Below, in pieces: positions 16,801 through 26,336 of a DNA stretch of 64,000 nt. The stretch's first letter is position 1. Every line of letters begins with the position of its first letter. The translations under genes were made by a program, and so were the position numbers. Under the pieces are notes generated by a model that had not been told where the DNA came from, did no database searches, and was given only the letters and a program-made list of their open reading frames with translations. The DNA comes from Candidatus Oxydemutator sp. (GTDB lineage Bacteria; Pseudomonadota; Gammaproteobacteria; Poriferisulfidales; Oxydemutatoraceae), in the NCBI GenBank assembly GCA_965203445.1, contig OZ241883.1, positions 2,272,001 through 2,336,000 on the forward strand, given 5' to 3'.

Positions 16801-17790
16801 GCGATCCTGCTCCAAGCCACAGGCGACTTTCATCAGGTTTTCCAACCCGCTTAGCATTTCCTCACGATGGCGATTACGATGTGGACGATAAACTTTGCCT
16901 TCCTCAAAAAGCTTCTCACCTGTTTGTAGGCCAAGCATAGTCATAATGCGAGTAACAATTTCTTCTTCCTGAGGTATGGTACTTCCAGCCCCATAGACCA
17001 AACCAAGGCGTTCTTTGATCCAGCTCTTTATATCCTCTGGCACAGCATCTTGAAGTTTTATTTCCAGTGCCTCATAAACCACTTCCTGCCTGGCAAGCTC
17101 CTCCATGACTGAAGAATCTTTTTCGGCTTTTTTTCTGAGATCGTGAATCTCTTTAGCTTTCTCATAAAGCTCACCCAGGCAGCTCCGTTCCTCTTTTATT
17201 TTTATAAAGGAAACAGTTTTGTCAGAAAATTTTTGAGACTCACTATGCCTTGAACGCCTGTTGAATTCTTGTCTTGCGTTGTCTTGGGCTTGTTTGTATT
17301 CCTCGTCTGATTCATTCTTGTATTTCCTACGCCCTTTCTCGTTAAATTCCGCGGGCGCATTAAATTCCTGAAGAAGAATCCTGTCAACTTCTTTAACTAT
17401 TAGAGGGCATTTAGGAGATTTACCATCATCAGTTTTGACAACGAGCAATTCAAGCAAGCTCGCATAGTCCCATCCACGATAATGGGCTAGCGCATAAAGG
17501 CGGTTTCCAAGAGAAGCCTTATCTCTCTCAGTCTGTTTCTCCCCCGGTTTCGCATTTCTTGGCTCCAACCCCATGCCTTTAAGAAGCGCATAGAAGTCGC
17601 GTAGCCGCCTCGCCTTGGAAAGTTTCCGCCTGCGTTGTCCCCTGTTGACGCGACGTTTTTGGAGAGTATCCGATAGCGTAGTGCGATGTTTGAGAACTTT
17701 ATAATCCAGGACTTCATTACTTGAACTCAACAAGCCAACGCCTGTATATGCGTAACCGAAGTCAATCCCTAATCTGAAGGACTTATTCAT
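13825..17790 (-). CDS. cas9: Type II CRISPR effector Cas9 (Cas9d/II-D-like core with large insertions), ~1321 aa
   Basis: RuvC-I LGIDFG..YTG, Arg-rich bridge helix, RuvC-II GIETARFD, HNH GRCIFCG..HIDHLFP..CN..K, RuvC-III HHALDA; ATG 17790 with AGGTGG RBS. Confidence 0.9.
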   Translation of the reverse strand: MNKSFRLGIDFGYAYTGVGLLSSSNEVLDYKVLKHRTTLSDTLQKRRVNRGQRRRKLSKARRLRDFYALLKGMGLEPRNAKPGEKQTERDKASLGNRLYALAHYRGWDYASLLELLVVKTDDGKSPKCPLIVKEVDRILLQEFNAPAEFNEKGRRKYKNESDEEYKQAQDNARQEFNRRSRHSESQKFSDKTVSFIKIKEERSCLGELYEKAKEIHDLRKKAEKDSSVMEELARQEVVYEALEIKLQDAVPEDIKSWIKERLGLVYGAGSTIPQEEEIVTRIMTMLGLQTGEKLFEEGKVYRPHRNRHREEMLSGLENLMKVACGLEQDRFQICLDETFQGLKKSKVNQNRQILSMAKIKQDWQQSMADVHNKASEIAHRAGTTPTEIKKRWIKAATKVVNREYRKKRFNNRNSMGKCPAATDDDGTRCGLNLPKKRRKDVRRLQFEIELRQMNVRRANGNKDKLDESEIQKLMNSLEFVKELDGVIKNKNQETINQFFTNSRGNRYVLPAENEARGKKDILRDIICGEQPGRAGFCIKHLEQKLNLLERDETKGNSWARLHEERVLTLKDDAPPSIRQKVEKITVVVRKMLKEQEVRDLRNSPIPIEHVGIETARFDISALAQSEGKKLKKKLKPKQYQQSAGGDMATLRADQGGRCIFCGEFLHSDAHIDHLFPKSKGGGNIARNKVIGHSICNIDKHNRREPLDKNVLSLIENNNPEKHKFIQSRLEADRRLPEDMLAAPQHTMFGAKLLKQAFMDEFNLPSEVIHKIRSGDSIYLRRFWFPFMDRQKRAIRFRNPYKTKAGEEFKYELSKLKLDEYLFDGEVSICKDYDEGVTDWLEIRTDKNNGKVMLVGTPDDNAVGTNQFWLENCNNKNFVLEVVKEGKTSGKKKDETLYETKGQLDQELELLLEDVFSKDKKLSKLLEGANASVKLKYRKNDEEAGNDWLSVKGNKLVGTLKKCYRKRGNGKYVPWCDVEVVDKSTGEISNIKVMIKTKIAVKRFKVIVEPAKDDPIREFHHALDAVVLAANVDWEAIKRLNSDVRKQARKENAPAFINLREDGRGNLLAPDKSSGWYVEDKRNEGKIECSKTDTEPLRCLDGMITQRKPLEKIQKKNIGNIQSEPIRMAMEKAWEKIDDMPDDRKKEMTNGSGDKRTITHSYFLRLPQEHILHPKNTRSVRCVRVGPGVRGGMGVQQMWRRKDKNTKGMHHFRRTVSWDKVMVIQYNKDGKDKIDAVRITNKFYWKDKSQPVYERNEIDKELPVNYKILKIFKRGDRVRIDGKSGPWAITKLGPRATLRDDETMEETEIGYKELEIYREPSQ

Positions 17791-17804
17791 AACCCACCTG
17801 AATG

Positions 17805-17939
17805 TAAAACAATACCCTGCATAAAGCAGGGTATTGTAGATTTTGCTCGCCCTCAAGCGGTGACTTACTGAAAACAGAGCATCGCCTGCAAAAAACGATG
17901 GTGCCAGCAAGCACCTCGGACTTTTTTCAGTTGTTGAGG
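17805..17939 (-). ncRNA. tracrRNA-2 candidate upstream of cas9
   Basis: 15-nt perfect anti-repeat CCTCAACAACTGAAA (17925-17939), several hairpins, terminator ACAATACCCTGC/GCAGGGTATTGT followed by TTT. Confidence 0.75.
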
Positions 17940-17943
17940 CCTG

Positions 17944-17971
17944 ATTGTAACGACGAAGAAAAAACTGTCAA
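17944..17971 (-). promoter_or_regulatory. Promoter of tracrRNA-2/cas9
   Basis: TTGACA-N16-TACAAT directly upstream of the anti-repeat. Confidence 0.8.
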
Positions 17972-17987
17972 GCCCTGATGTGTTGTT

Positions 17988-18638
17988 CTACATTGGCGTC
18001 GCAGGGGTTGCGAAGTCGTCGTCGTAGAAATAGTGTCCCTTCAGCCGTTTGACGTTGAAAATGAGTATTTCGCTATGGAACAGTATGCCGTCGAACACGT
18101 TCTTCGGGAGGCTGATTATCGAGCATATCTCGGGATAAGTGCCGTCTACAAACTTGATCCAGCGCCTCGATTGTTGCGTCTGGTTCAGGCGCAATCCGTA
18201 AGGGGTGAACAGCACAATCGGGATGCTTTTGCCGAACAGTTCTATCGCTTTTTGCAGCCACACTTCCGGCAGCAATGGCCTGCCACCATAATTTTCTACC
18301 AGATGCGCTTTCGTCTTCGGGTCAATGTTGAACGGGGGGTTCATTATCACGAGGCCAGGCTCCTTCAGCTCTCCCTTCTTTACCTTCAGATAATTCCTGA
18401 CCCGCGTCCTCGGAAAACCCTGCTTTTCTATATCAATGCCGACAACGTCAAACCCGTTCTCCTCGAAAGGCCGCAGCAACGAACCCTCGCCCACGCACGG
18501 GTCGAGCACCGGCTTCGACTTGTCAATGCGCTTGCCGACCAGTTCATACAGGAACCGGCTGACACCTTCCGGCGTCTGTATCGTGGATTTCTTTTGTCGG
18601 TTGTAAAAATTATTGCGATCAACTCTGTACATCGTCAT
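17988..18638 (-). CDS. Solitary N6-adenine DNA methyltransferase
   Basis: VLDPCVGEG (motif I) and MNPPF (motif IV); GGAGGAG RBS. Confidence 0.8.
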   Translation of the reverse strand: MTMYRVDRNNFYNRQKKSTIQTPEGVSRFLYELVGKRIDKSKPVLDPCVGEGSLLRPFEENGFDVVGIDIEKQGFPRTRVRNYLKVKKGELKEPGLVIMNPPFNIDPKTKAHLVENYGGRPLLPEVWLQKAIELFGKSIPIVLFTPYGLRLNQTQQSRRWIKFVDGTYPEICSIISLPKNVFDGILFHSEILIFNVKRLKGHYFYDDDFATPATPM

Positions 18639-19632
18639 CAACTCCTCCGATTGTATTCCTTCGCCCGCTCCCCCACAAACTCCGAATCGCCGCGATTCCG
18701 TGGCCGCCGTGATGTCGGCATTGTGCCAAATCTTCCGGGCCAAGGCCGCCCAATCCGTACACCGGCATCGGCGCGTCTTGCACCAGCGTCGCAAAAGCAT
18801 CCCATCCCAATCCGCGCGCGCCGGGGTGTCCCGGCGTCTCCCGCACCGGTCCCAGCACCGCGAAGTCGGCGTCGAGCGAGGCCGCCGTTTTCAGTTCGTC
18901 CGCGTTGTGGCACGAGGCGCCAAACCAACGGCCCGCGGCCACCGGGCGACGGCGGCAGCGTCGCAATGCGGCGGCGCTCAGGTGCACGCCGGCGGCACCG
19001 GCGCCCGGGTGCGCAAGCAATGCGGGGTCGCGGTCGTGCAGCAGGACGCGCGCATGAAAAGCAGCGGCATCAGTCGCCATGCGACGAGCCAGTTCCTCGT
19101 AATCGTCGTCGTCCAGGCGATTGTCCCTGAACACGGCGAGGCGCACGCCGCGTTCCAGCGCGCGGCGGAAGCATTGCAGAAAGCGCGCGGGGTGTTCGAC
19201 GTTCGGGGTGATCAGGTAGCGGTCGGGAAGCCTCAGCGCGTTGATCATGGCGCGGCTTGCGGGCGGAAAGTCCGGCGCGCGCAGGGCCTCGATTTTCGTC
19301 CAGCGCAAGTCGTTGTCGCCGGCCAGGCGCGGGGCGCCGTCGAAGTCGCGCACCGTGAACACGTGAAAACGCAGGCGGCGCTCCCGGTAGCGCCACGGAA
19401 ATTGAATCAGGGGTTCGGAATTGCGCGCGACGACGCCGGTTTCTTCCTTCAGTTCGCGGGCAAGCGCCCGCTCGGGGGATTCGCCCGGCTCGATCTTGCC
19501 GCCGGGAAACTCGCGCAGGCCGCCCTGATGAACTTCGGGACGGCGCACAGAGGTCAGAACGGAGTCGGCGCGTCGCACCAGGCCGATTGCGATGGAGATC
19601 ACGGGGAATGGATCGGAGTCGGGCAAGAACAA
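18619..19632 (-). CDS. mutT: MutT Nudix hydrolase fused to a thiamine-phosphate-synthase-like domain
   Basis: EFPGGKIEPGE..ALARELKEETG; ASCHNADEL, PVYGLGG; start may be GTG 19602. Confidence 0.85.
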   Translation of the reverse strand: MFLPDSDPFPVISIAIGLVRRADSVLTSVRRPEVHQGGLREFPGGKIEPGESPERALARELKEETGVVARNSEPLIQFPWRYRERRLRFHVFTVRDFDGAPRLAGDNDLRWTKIEALRAPDFPPASRAMINALRLPDRYLITPNVEHPARFLQCFRRALERGVRLAVFRDNRLDDDDYEELARRMATDAAAFHARVLLHDRDPALLAHPGAGAAGVHLSAAALRRCRRRPVAAGRWFGASCHNADELKTAASLDADFAVLGPVRETPGHPGARGLGWDAFATLVQDAPMPVYGLGGLGPEDLAQCRHHGGHGIAAIRSLWGSGRRNTIGGVDDDVQS

Positions 19633-19733
19633 AAGCGTCGGAACGCGCTATATCGAAACGCACCCGGATCGAATCGGCGAGCCAGCGAAGCGGCCGCGTC
19701 GTCGCCGACGCTCGATACGCAATTCGGCGCTCC

Positions 19734-20951
19734 TCAACTACGGTAATCGGCGTTGATCCGTACGTAGTCCTCGGTCAGGTCGGACGTCCAGACGACGGCG
19801 GCCGCGTCGCCGCGCCCCAATTCGACGCGGATCGCAATCTCGGGCGCGGACATGATCTCTTTGGCGCGCGCCTCGTCGTAGTCGCGGGCCACGGCGCCGT
19901 CTCGGAAAATGCAGTGCTCCCCCAAAAAACAGCGCACGCGCGCCATGTCCAGCGCCGCGACCGGGCTGCGCCCGAGGGCCGCGACGATGCGGCCCCAGTT
20001 GGGGTCGCCGGCGTAGCACGCGGTCTTGACCAACGGCGAATGGGCGACGGTGCAGGCGACGGCGCGCGCCTCGTCGTCCGAGGCGGCGCCGCGCACCTCG
20101 ATCTCGATCAGGCGCGTCGCGCCCTCGCCGTCGCGCACAATCGCCTTCGCCAGATCCTGCATCACCGCGCTCAACGCGCCGGCGAAACGGCGGCGATCGT
20201 CGTCGCCGAGCGCCCCCCAGGCCACTCCGGCGCGCCCGCTCGCAAGCAACACGCAGGCGTCGTTGGTCGAGGTGTCGCCGTCCACCGTGATCGAGTTGAA
20301 CGAAACGGCGCACGCCTCGCGCAGCAGCGCGCGCGCGGCGTGCGCGTCCATCTGCATATCGGTGGCGACGAACCCCAGCATCGTCGCCATATCGGGGCGG
20401 ATCATGCCGGCGCCCTTGGCGATGCCGGTCAGCGTAACCGTACCCGCGCCACACGCGACGCGCCGGCTGCTCCATTTCTCGGCGTTGTCGGTCGTCATCA
20501 TCGCGCGCGCGGCGGTCAGCCACGCGTCGTCCGACAACGCCGCGAGCAAATCCGGCAGCCGCGACGTGATCTTCGCGCACGGCAGGCGCTCGCCGATGAC
20601 GCCGGTCGAGAACGGCAACACTTCCTGCGCGGCGACGCCCGCCAAGTCCGCCAGCGCCGCGCAGCAGGCGTCGGCGTCGGCGATGCCGGCGTCGCCCAGA
20701 CCGGCGTTGGCGTTGCCGGCGTTGATCAGCAAATAACGCGGCCGCGCGCGCGCCAGATTCCTCTTCGCAACGACGACCGGCGCCGCACAAAAACGGTTGC
20801 GCGTGAACACCGCGGCCGCAACGCTCCGCGGCGCGACTTCGATCAACGCCAAGTCGTCGCGGTCATGGCGTATGCCGGCGGCCGCCGCGGCCGTGCGCAC
20901 ACCCGCGACCGGCAGCGGCGCGCGCGTCTCGCGCGCGTCAGGTGGCGCCAT
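19734..20951 (-). CDS. argJ: Bifunctional ornithine acetyltransferase/N-acetylglutamate synthase
   Basis: [47 protein letters not shown]. Confidence 0.96.
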   Translation of the reverse strand: MAPPDARETRAPLPVAGVRTAAAAAGIRHDRDDLALIEVAPRSVAAAVFTRNRFCAAPVVVAKRNLARARPRYLLINAGNANAGLGDAGIADADACCAALADLAGVAAQEVLPFSTGVIGERLPCAKITSRLPDLLAALSDDAWLTAARAMMTTDNAEKWSSRRVACGAGTVTLTGIAKGAGMIRPDMATMLGFVATDMQMDAHAARALLREACAVSFNSITVDGDTSTNDACVLLASGRAGVAWGALGDDDRRRFAGALSAVMQDLAKAIVRDGEGATRLIEIEVRGAASDDEARAVACTVAHSPLVKTACYAGDPNWGRIVAALGRSPVAALDMARVRCFLGEHCIFRDGAVARDYDEARAKEIMSAPEIAIRVELGRGDAAAVVWTSDLTEDYVRINADYRS

Positions 20952-23712
20952 GACAGCGTTTGTATTTCTTTCCGGAACCGCAGAAGCACGGGTCGTTGCG
21001 ACCGATTTTCGGATGGTCGCGCCGCACCGTGCGCGGCTTGGCGACGGTGCGCGGTCTCGGCGGCATGAACTCGCCCGGCGCGTCGGCCACGGCCTCGGCG
21101 ACGGGCGCAGCGGCGGGCACGGCCTGCGGCAAGTCGCCGTTCCCCGCGCTCCCCGGGTGCAGCGCGTCCGACGCCGGCTGGTGCTGGAAGCTGAGCTGCC
21201 GTTCGCCGGCGGCGGCGCGTCTTTGCAGGTCCTGTTCCGGCGCCTCCAGCTCCAGTTTCATCAGGCGCGTGACAAACTCATAACGAATCACGTCGAACAT
21301 GCGCCCGAACATCTGAAAAGCCTCGCGCTTGTATTCCTGCTTCGGATTCTTCTGCGCGAAGCTGCGCAGGCCGATGCCCTGGCGCAGGTGCTCCATCCGC
21401 GCCAGATGCTCCTTCCAGTGGTGGTCTAGGATCTGCAGCATGCAAAAATCCTCCAGCCGTTGCGCGTGCTCGGCGCCGATCACTCCGGCCTTCTCGCGGT
21501 AGGCGGCCTCGACGCGCTCGCGCACGCGCTCGCCGATGGTCTCGCGCGTCAGCTCGGGATTCTCGGCAAGCCACTCCGAGACCGGGCACGGCGCGTTGAA
21601 ATCTCGCTCCAGTACCCGTTCCAGGTTGGCGGCGTCCCACTCCTCGTCCACCGCGTACGCCGGCACGTGCGTATCGAGCACGCTCTCAACTATCTCCGGC
21701 AGCATCGTCTCCATCGCGCTGCCGCCCTCCTTCGACTCCATCAGTTCGCGCCGCTGCTGGTAGATGATCTGGCGCTGCTCGTTGGCGACGTCGTCGTACT
21801 CGAGCAGGTGCTTGCGGATGTCGAAGTTGTGCGCCTCGACCTTCTTCTGCGCGTTCTCAATCGCGCGCGTAACCCACGGGTGCTCGATCACCTCGTCCTG
21901 CTCCATGCCCAGCTTCTGCATCATGGACTTGACCTTGCCGCTTGCGAAGATGCGCATCAGGTTGTCCTCGAGCGACAGGTAGAAACGGCTCGAACCGGGG
22001 TCGCCCTGGCGCCCCGAGCGCCCACGCAGCTGGTTGTCCACGCGCCGCGACTCGTGACGTTCGGTACCGACGATGCGCAGGCCGCCGGCCTCGACCACGC
22101 CGCGGTGGCGTTCCTCCCAGGCGGCGCGGATCTTGTCCGTATCGCGCTCTTCGCCCGCGCCCGCAAGCTCGGCGTCGAGCGAGCCGCCCAGCACGATGTC
22201 GGTGCCGCGCCCGGCCATGTTGGTCGCTATCGTAACCGTGCCCGGGCGCCCGGCCTGCGCGATGATCTGCGATTCGGCCTCGTGGTGCTTCGCGTTCAGC
22301 ACCTGGTGGCCTATCTTGCGCTTGTTCAGCAGGCCGGACAGGTATTCGGAGACCTCGATCGAGGCGGTGCCGACCAGCACCGGCTGGTGCTGCGCGACGC
22401 ACGACTCGATGTCCTCGACTATCGCGGCGAACTTTTCGTCGGCGGTCATATAGACCAGATCGGGCTGGTCGTCGCGCACCATCGGATGGTGGGTCGGGAT
22501 CACGACCACCTCCAGCCCGTAGATGTCCTGGAACTCGAACGCCTCGGTGTCGGCGGTTCCGGTCATGCCGGCGAGCTTGTCGTAGAGCCGGAAGTAATTC
22601 TGGAACGTGACCGACGCCAGCGTCTGGTTCTCCTGCTCGACGCGCACGCCCTCCTTGGCCTCGACCGCCTGGTGCAGGCCGTCGCCCCAGCGCCGCCCGG
22701 CCATCACCCGCCCGGTGAACTCGTCCACGATCAGCACGCGCCCGTCGCGCACGATGTAGTCCACGTTCTTCTTGAACAGCGCGTGCGCGCGCAGCGAGGT
22801 GTTGACGTGGTGCAACAGGCCGATGTTGGCGACGTCGTAGAGGCCGCCCTCGTGCAGCAGCCCTTCGCGCACCAGCATGTCCTCGATGCGCTGGTAGCCG
22901 CCCTCGCTCAGCATCGCTTGGCGCGCCTTTTCGTCCACCGTGAAGTCGCCGTCGTCGTCCTCGTCGGCGGCGGCGCGCAGGCTCCTTACCAGGCGGTCTA
23001 TGCGCAGATAGACGTCGGCGCCGCCCTCGGACGGCCCCGAGATGATCAGCGGTGTGCGCGCCTCGTCTATCAGGATCGAATCCACTTCGTCGACGATGCC
23101 GAAGTGCGCGCCGCGCTGCACCCGCTGCCCGGCCTCGAACACCATGTTGTCGCGCAGATAGTCGAAGCCGAACTCGTTGTTGGTACCGTAGGTGACGTCG
23201 GCCTGGTACGCGGCGCGGCGCTGCTCGCCGCCCTGTCCGGAGACGACGACGCCGGTCGTGAGGCCCAGGCGTTCGTACACCGCGCCCATCCATTCGGCGT
23301 CGCGGCGCGCCAGGTAGTCGTTGACGGTGACGACGTGCACGCCGTCGCCGCCGAGGGCGTTCAGATAGACCGGCAACGTCGCCACCAGGGTCTTGCCCTC
23401 GCCGGTGCGCATCTCGGCGATCCTGCCGTCGTGCAGCACCATGCCGCCGATCAGCTGCACGTCGAAATGGCGCATACCGAGCGCGCGCCCGGCGGCCTCG
23501 CGCACCACCGCGAATGCCTCGGGCAGCAGCGCGTCGAGACTTTCGCCGTGCCCCAGGCGCTCCTTGAACTCGCCCTTCTTCGCGCGCAGCGCGGCGTCGT
23601 CAAGCGCGCGGCAGGTTTCCTCCAGGCGGTTGACGTGCGCGACCCTGCGACGGTAACGGGCAAGCAGCCGCTGGTTGCGCGACGGGAGAATATTGTTCAG
23701 CGGGTTCCACAT
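20938..23712 (-). CDS. secA: Preprotein translocase SecA
   Basis: [46 protein letters not shown]. Confidence 0.98.
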   Translation of the reverse strand: MWNPLNNILPSRNQRLLARYRRRVAHVNRLEETCRALDDAALRAKKGEFKERLGHGESLDALLPEAFAVVREAAGRALGMRHFDVQLIGGMVLHDGRIAEMRTGEGKTLVATLPVYLNALGGDGVHVVTVNDYLARRDAEWMGAVYERLGLTTGVVVSGQGGEQRRAAYQADVTYGTNNEFGFDYLRDNMVFEAGQRVQRGAHFGIVDEVDSILIDEARTPLIISGPSEGGADVYLRIDRLVRSLRAAADEDDDGDFTVDEKARQAMLSEGGYQRIEDMLVREGLLHEGGLYDVANIGLLHHVNTSLRAHALFKKNVDYIVRDGRVLIVDEFTGRVMAGRRWGDGLHQAVEAKEGVRVEQENQTLASVTFQNYFRLYDKLAGMTGTADTEAFEFQDIYGLEVVVIPTHHPMVRDDQPDLVYMTADEKFAAIVEDIESCVAQHQPVLVGTASIEVSEYLSGLLNKRKIGHQVLNAKHHEAESQIIAQAGRPGTVTIATNMAGRGTDIVLGGSLDAELAGAGEERDTDKIRAAWEERHRGVVEAGGLRIVGTERHESRRVDNQLRGRSGRQGDPGSSRFYLSLEDNLMRIFASGKVKSMMQKLGMEQDEVIEHPWVTRAIENAQKKVEAHNFDIRKHLLEYDDVANEQRQIIYQQRRELMESKEGGSAMETMLPEIVESVLDTHVPAYAVDEEWDAANLERVLERDFNAPCPVSEWLAENPELTRETIGERVRERVEAAYREKAGVIGAEHAQRLEDFCMLQILDHHWKEHLARMEHLRQGIGLRSFAQKNPKQEYKREAFQMFGRMFDVIRYEFVTRLMKLELEAPEQDLQRRAAAGERQLSFQHQPASDALHPGSAGNGDLPQAVPAAAPVAEAVADAPGEFMPPRPRTVAKPRTVRRDHPKIGRNDPCFCGSGKKYKRCHGAT

Positions 23713-23900
23713 CGGAAAACGTCGGTGATGGGCGCGATTATACCCGCAGCATCCAGCCCTTCGGGTGCGGCGTCGCCCACCCGTCGCCGCTTCGGCGTTA
23801 CCGCCCCCTCGCCCGATCCGGCGGTCGCTCCTTCCCGCAAAAGCAGGAAGAAGCGACCGCCGGAGACAACCTGATTACGAAAAGCGAACCACGGGCGGCG

Positions 23901-24830
23901 TCAACGACGCGGGCCGTGCAAATACGGCATGGGGTTCAGCCTGCGGCCGTTTTTCTGTATCTCGAAATGCAGGTGGGGGCCGGTGGAACGGCCGCTGTTG
24001 CCGAGCAGCGCGATGACCTGGCCTTTCTTTACGACGTCGCCCTCGCGCACGATGATCCTGTCGTTGTGCGCATACAGCGTGGTGTAGCCGTCGGCGTGGT
24101 CGACCTCGACCAGCTTGCCGTAGTGCGGCAGACGTTCGGTACGGCGCACGACGCCGCTTGCGACTACGCGCACCGGATCGCCGATGCGCCCGATGATGTC
24201 CACGCCGGCGTGAAATTCCCTGTTGCCGGTGAACGGGCTGCGGCGCGCACCGTAACCCGACGAGATCATAGCGCGCCTGACCGGCCAGCCGAACGGCCGC
24301 ATCTCGGCGGACAACTGGCGCGTGCCGACGACGTCCTCGAGCACCGAGAATTTTCTTTCGATTGCGTTCACGCTCCGCCGAAAACCGTCCACCGTCGCCG
24401 GCGTCCGCGAGAAACCGACGCCGCCGACGCCCGGCGCGTCCGGGAAATGGAACTCGGCGGGATCGAGACCGTAATCCTCGATCATGCGGTCGCCGACCGC
24501 CTCGACGCGCGCGAGCCGCGCCTCGAGGGCCGCGACTTTGCGAATCAACAGCGAGCTCTCGATTTCGCGCGAGCGCCCGGCGTCGTCCGCGACCGAAGCC
24601 TGGCCCGGGGCGCCGGCGACCGCGCCCGGGCGCCCGGGCGCGCCCTGCAGCTGCAACAGCGCGGCCACGTAGCCGAAACCGCCGGCCAGCACCAGCCACA
24701 CGCCGAACGCGAGCGCGCGCCTGGCGACGGCGGCTTCCCATCGGCGCGCGACACGGGCAGAATAGGCGCGACGCGGAAATCGCGCCAAACGCGCACCACG
24801 GGGGCGAAAACTTGAAGAAAATCGGTTCAT
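23901..24830 (-). CDS. M23 family metallopeptidase (start uncertain)
   Basis: HAGVD, YAHN, STGPHLHFE; usual position upstream of secA. Confidence 0.85.
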   Translation of the reverse strand: MNRFSSSFRPRGARLARFPRRAYSARVARRWEAAVARRALAFGVWLVLAGGFGYVAALLQLQGAPGRPGAVAGAPGQASVADDAGRSREIESSLLIRKVAALEARLARVEAVGDRMIEDYGLDPAEFHFPDAPGVGGVGFSRTPATVDGFRRSVNAIERKFSVLEDVVGTRQLSAEMRPFGWPVRRAMISSGYGARRSPFTGNREFHAGVDIIGRIGDPVRVVASGVVRRTERLPHYGKLVEVDHADGYTTLYAHNDRIIVREGDVVKKGQVIALLGNSGRSTGPHLHFEIQKNGRRLNPMPYLHGPRR

Positions 24831-25141
24831 TGATGCCGCGCATCCACCCCGGACTGGGCGAGCGCGCGCGCCTGCTGGCCGAGATGACCGCCAGCGCGCG
24901 CAGCCGCCTGTCGCCGCGCCTCGCGCACCATTGCTGGATCAGCGGCTTTGGCGAGCGCCGCGTGACGCTGGTAACCGACCAGCCCCATCTGGCGATGCAC
25001 CTGCGCCATCACCAACGCGAGATCATCAAGCAGCTCAACGAGGAATTCGGCCGCCGGTTGCACCAGAATTTCACCGCGATAAAAGTGAAGGTTGCCCGCG
25101 AACCGCTGGCGCCGTCTCAGCCCTCGGAAAGGGGCGTGTAA
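24812..25141 (+). CDS. DUF721/DciA family protein
   Basis: ~109-aa ORF on the opposite strand between the M23 gene and lpxC; [17 protein letters not shown]. Confidence 0.65.
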   Translation: MKKIGSLMPRIHPGLGERARLLAEMTASARSRLSPRLAHHCWISGFGERRVTLVTDQPHLAMHLRHHQREIIKQLNEEFGRRLHQNFTAIKVKVAREPLAPSQPSERGV

Positions 25142-26028
25142 AAGATCGGGGTCGCATCGCTCTCGTCCTCGAACGAGACTTCCTCCCACGCCTTGCGCTC
25201 GGCCAGCAGTTTGTTGAGCAGCATGTTGTTCAACTCGTGGCCGGATTTGTAGCCCTCGAACGCGCCTATCAGGCCGCACCCAAGCAGGTAGAGGTCGCCG
25301 ATAACGTCGAGCACCTTGTGTTTGACGCACTCGTCCTCGACGCGCAGGCCCTCCTCGTTGATGACGCGGTGATCGTCTATCACGATCGCGTTCTCGAGGC
25401 TGCCACCGCCCGCCAGGTCCATGTCGCGCAGTTTCTCGTAGTCCTTCAAAAACCCGAAGGTGCGGGCGCGGCTGACGCTGGTGACAAACGAGGTGCTCGA
25501 GAAGTCCACCTCGACGCTTTGCGCCTTGTCGCGGAAGGCCGGGTGGTCGAAATCTATCGTGAAATGAACCTTGAAGCCTTCGTACGGCCTGAAACGCGCC
25601 CACTTGTCGTCTTTTTTCGCCTCGACCGTTCTGCGAATGCGGATGAACTTCTTCGGCGCGTTCTGTTCCTCTATCCCCGCCGACTGCAACAAGAACACGA
25701 ACGGCCCGGCGCTGCCGTCCATGATCGGCACCTCGGGCGCGTCGACGTCTACGTGCAGATTGTCTATGCCGAGGCCGGCCACCGCCGACAGCAGATGCTC
25801 GACCGTGGACACGCGCACGTCGCCGCGCCCGAGCGTCGTCGACATGCGCGTGTCCACGACGTAGCCGGTGGACGCCGGAATGTCGAACGGGTGGTCGAAG
25901 TCCACGCGGTGGAAAACGATGCCGGTGTTCGGAGCGGCCGGACGCAGGGTCAGATATATTCTCTTACCCGTGTGCAGACCGACTCCGACGGCCTGGATGG
26001 AGTTCTTGAGAGTTCGTTGTTTCAGCAC
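25117..26028 (-). CDS. lpxC: UDP-3-O-acyl-GlcNAc deacetylase
   Basis: [36 protein letters not shown]. Confidence 0.97.
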   Translation of the reverse strand: MLKQRTLKNSIQAVGVGLHTGKRIYLTLRPAAPNTGIVFHRVDFDHPFDIPASTGYVVDTRMSTTLGRGDVRVSTVEHLLSAVAGLGIDNLHVDVDAPEVPIMDGSAGPFVFLLQSAGIEEQNAPKKFIRIRRTVEAKKDDKWARFRPYEGFKVHFTIDFDHPAFRDKAQSVEVDFSSTSFVTSVSRARTFGFLKDYEKLRDMDLAGGGSLENAIVIDDHRVINEEGLRVEDECVKHKVLDVIGDLYLLGCGLIGAFEGYKSGHELNNMLLNKLLAERKAWEEVSFEDESDATPIFYTPLSEG

Positions 26029-26155
26029 GACGACAAATAAGGAGATGCAACAACCGGTTGTGAAAAAGGCGGAACCACGCGCGAAGCACTGGTCGCCGCT
26101 GCCGGAGATTGGAAGCGCATTATAGCGGCAGGGCGCGGGACCGCAAGTACGGACC

Positions 26156-26300
26156 TTCGGGAACGCCCATGGGGGCGTTCCCTCACCCCTCGGGAACGCC
26201 CATGGGGGCGTTCCCTCACCCCTCGGGAACGCCCATGGGGGCGTTCCCTTGCCTCTCGGGGGCGCCCGTGGGGGCGTTCCCTTGCCTCTCGGGGGCGCCC
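26156..26300. repeat. Tandem palindromic 33-bp repeats (~4.4 copies)
   Basis: Unit CTCGGGAACGCCCATGGGGGCGTTCCCTCACCC with an internal inverted repeat. Confidence 0.9.
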
Positions 26301-26336
26301 GCCCTGGCGCGCGGACAGCGGCATATGCGCCGGCAT

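Noticed and set aside
17791-17910. N-terminal extension of cas9 in the ORF track
   Set aside because: Overlaps the tracrRNA-2/terminator; ATG 17790 has an RBS and directly precedes RuvC-I
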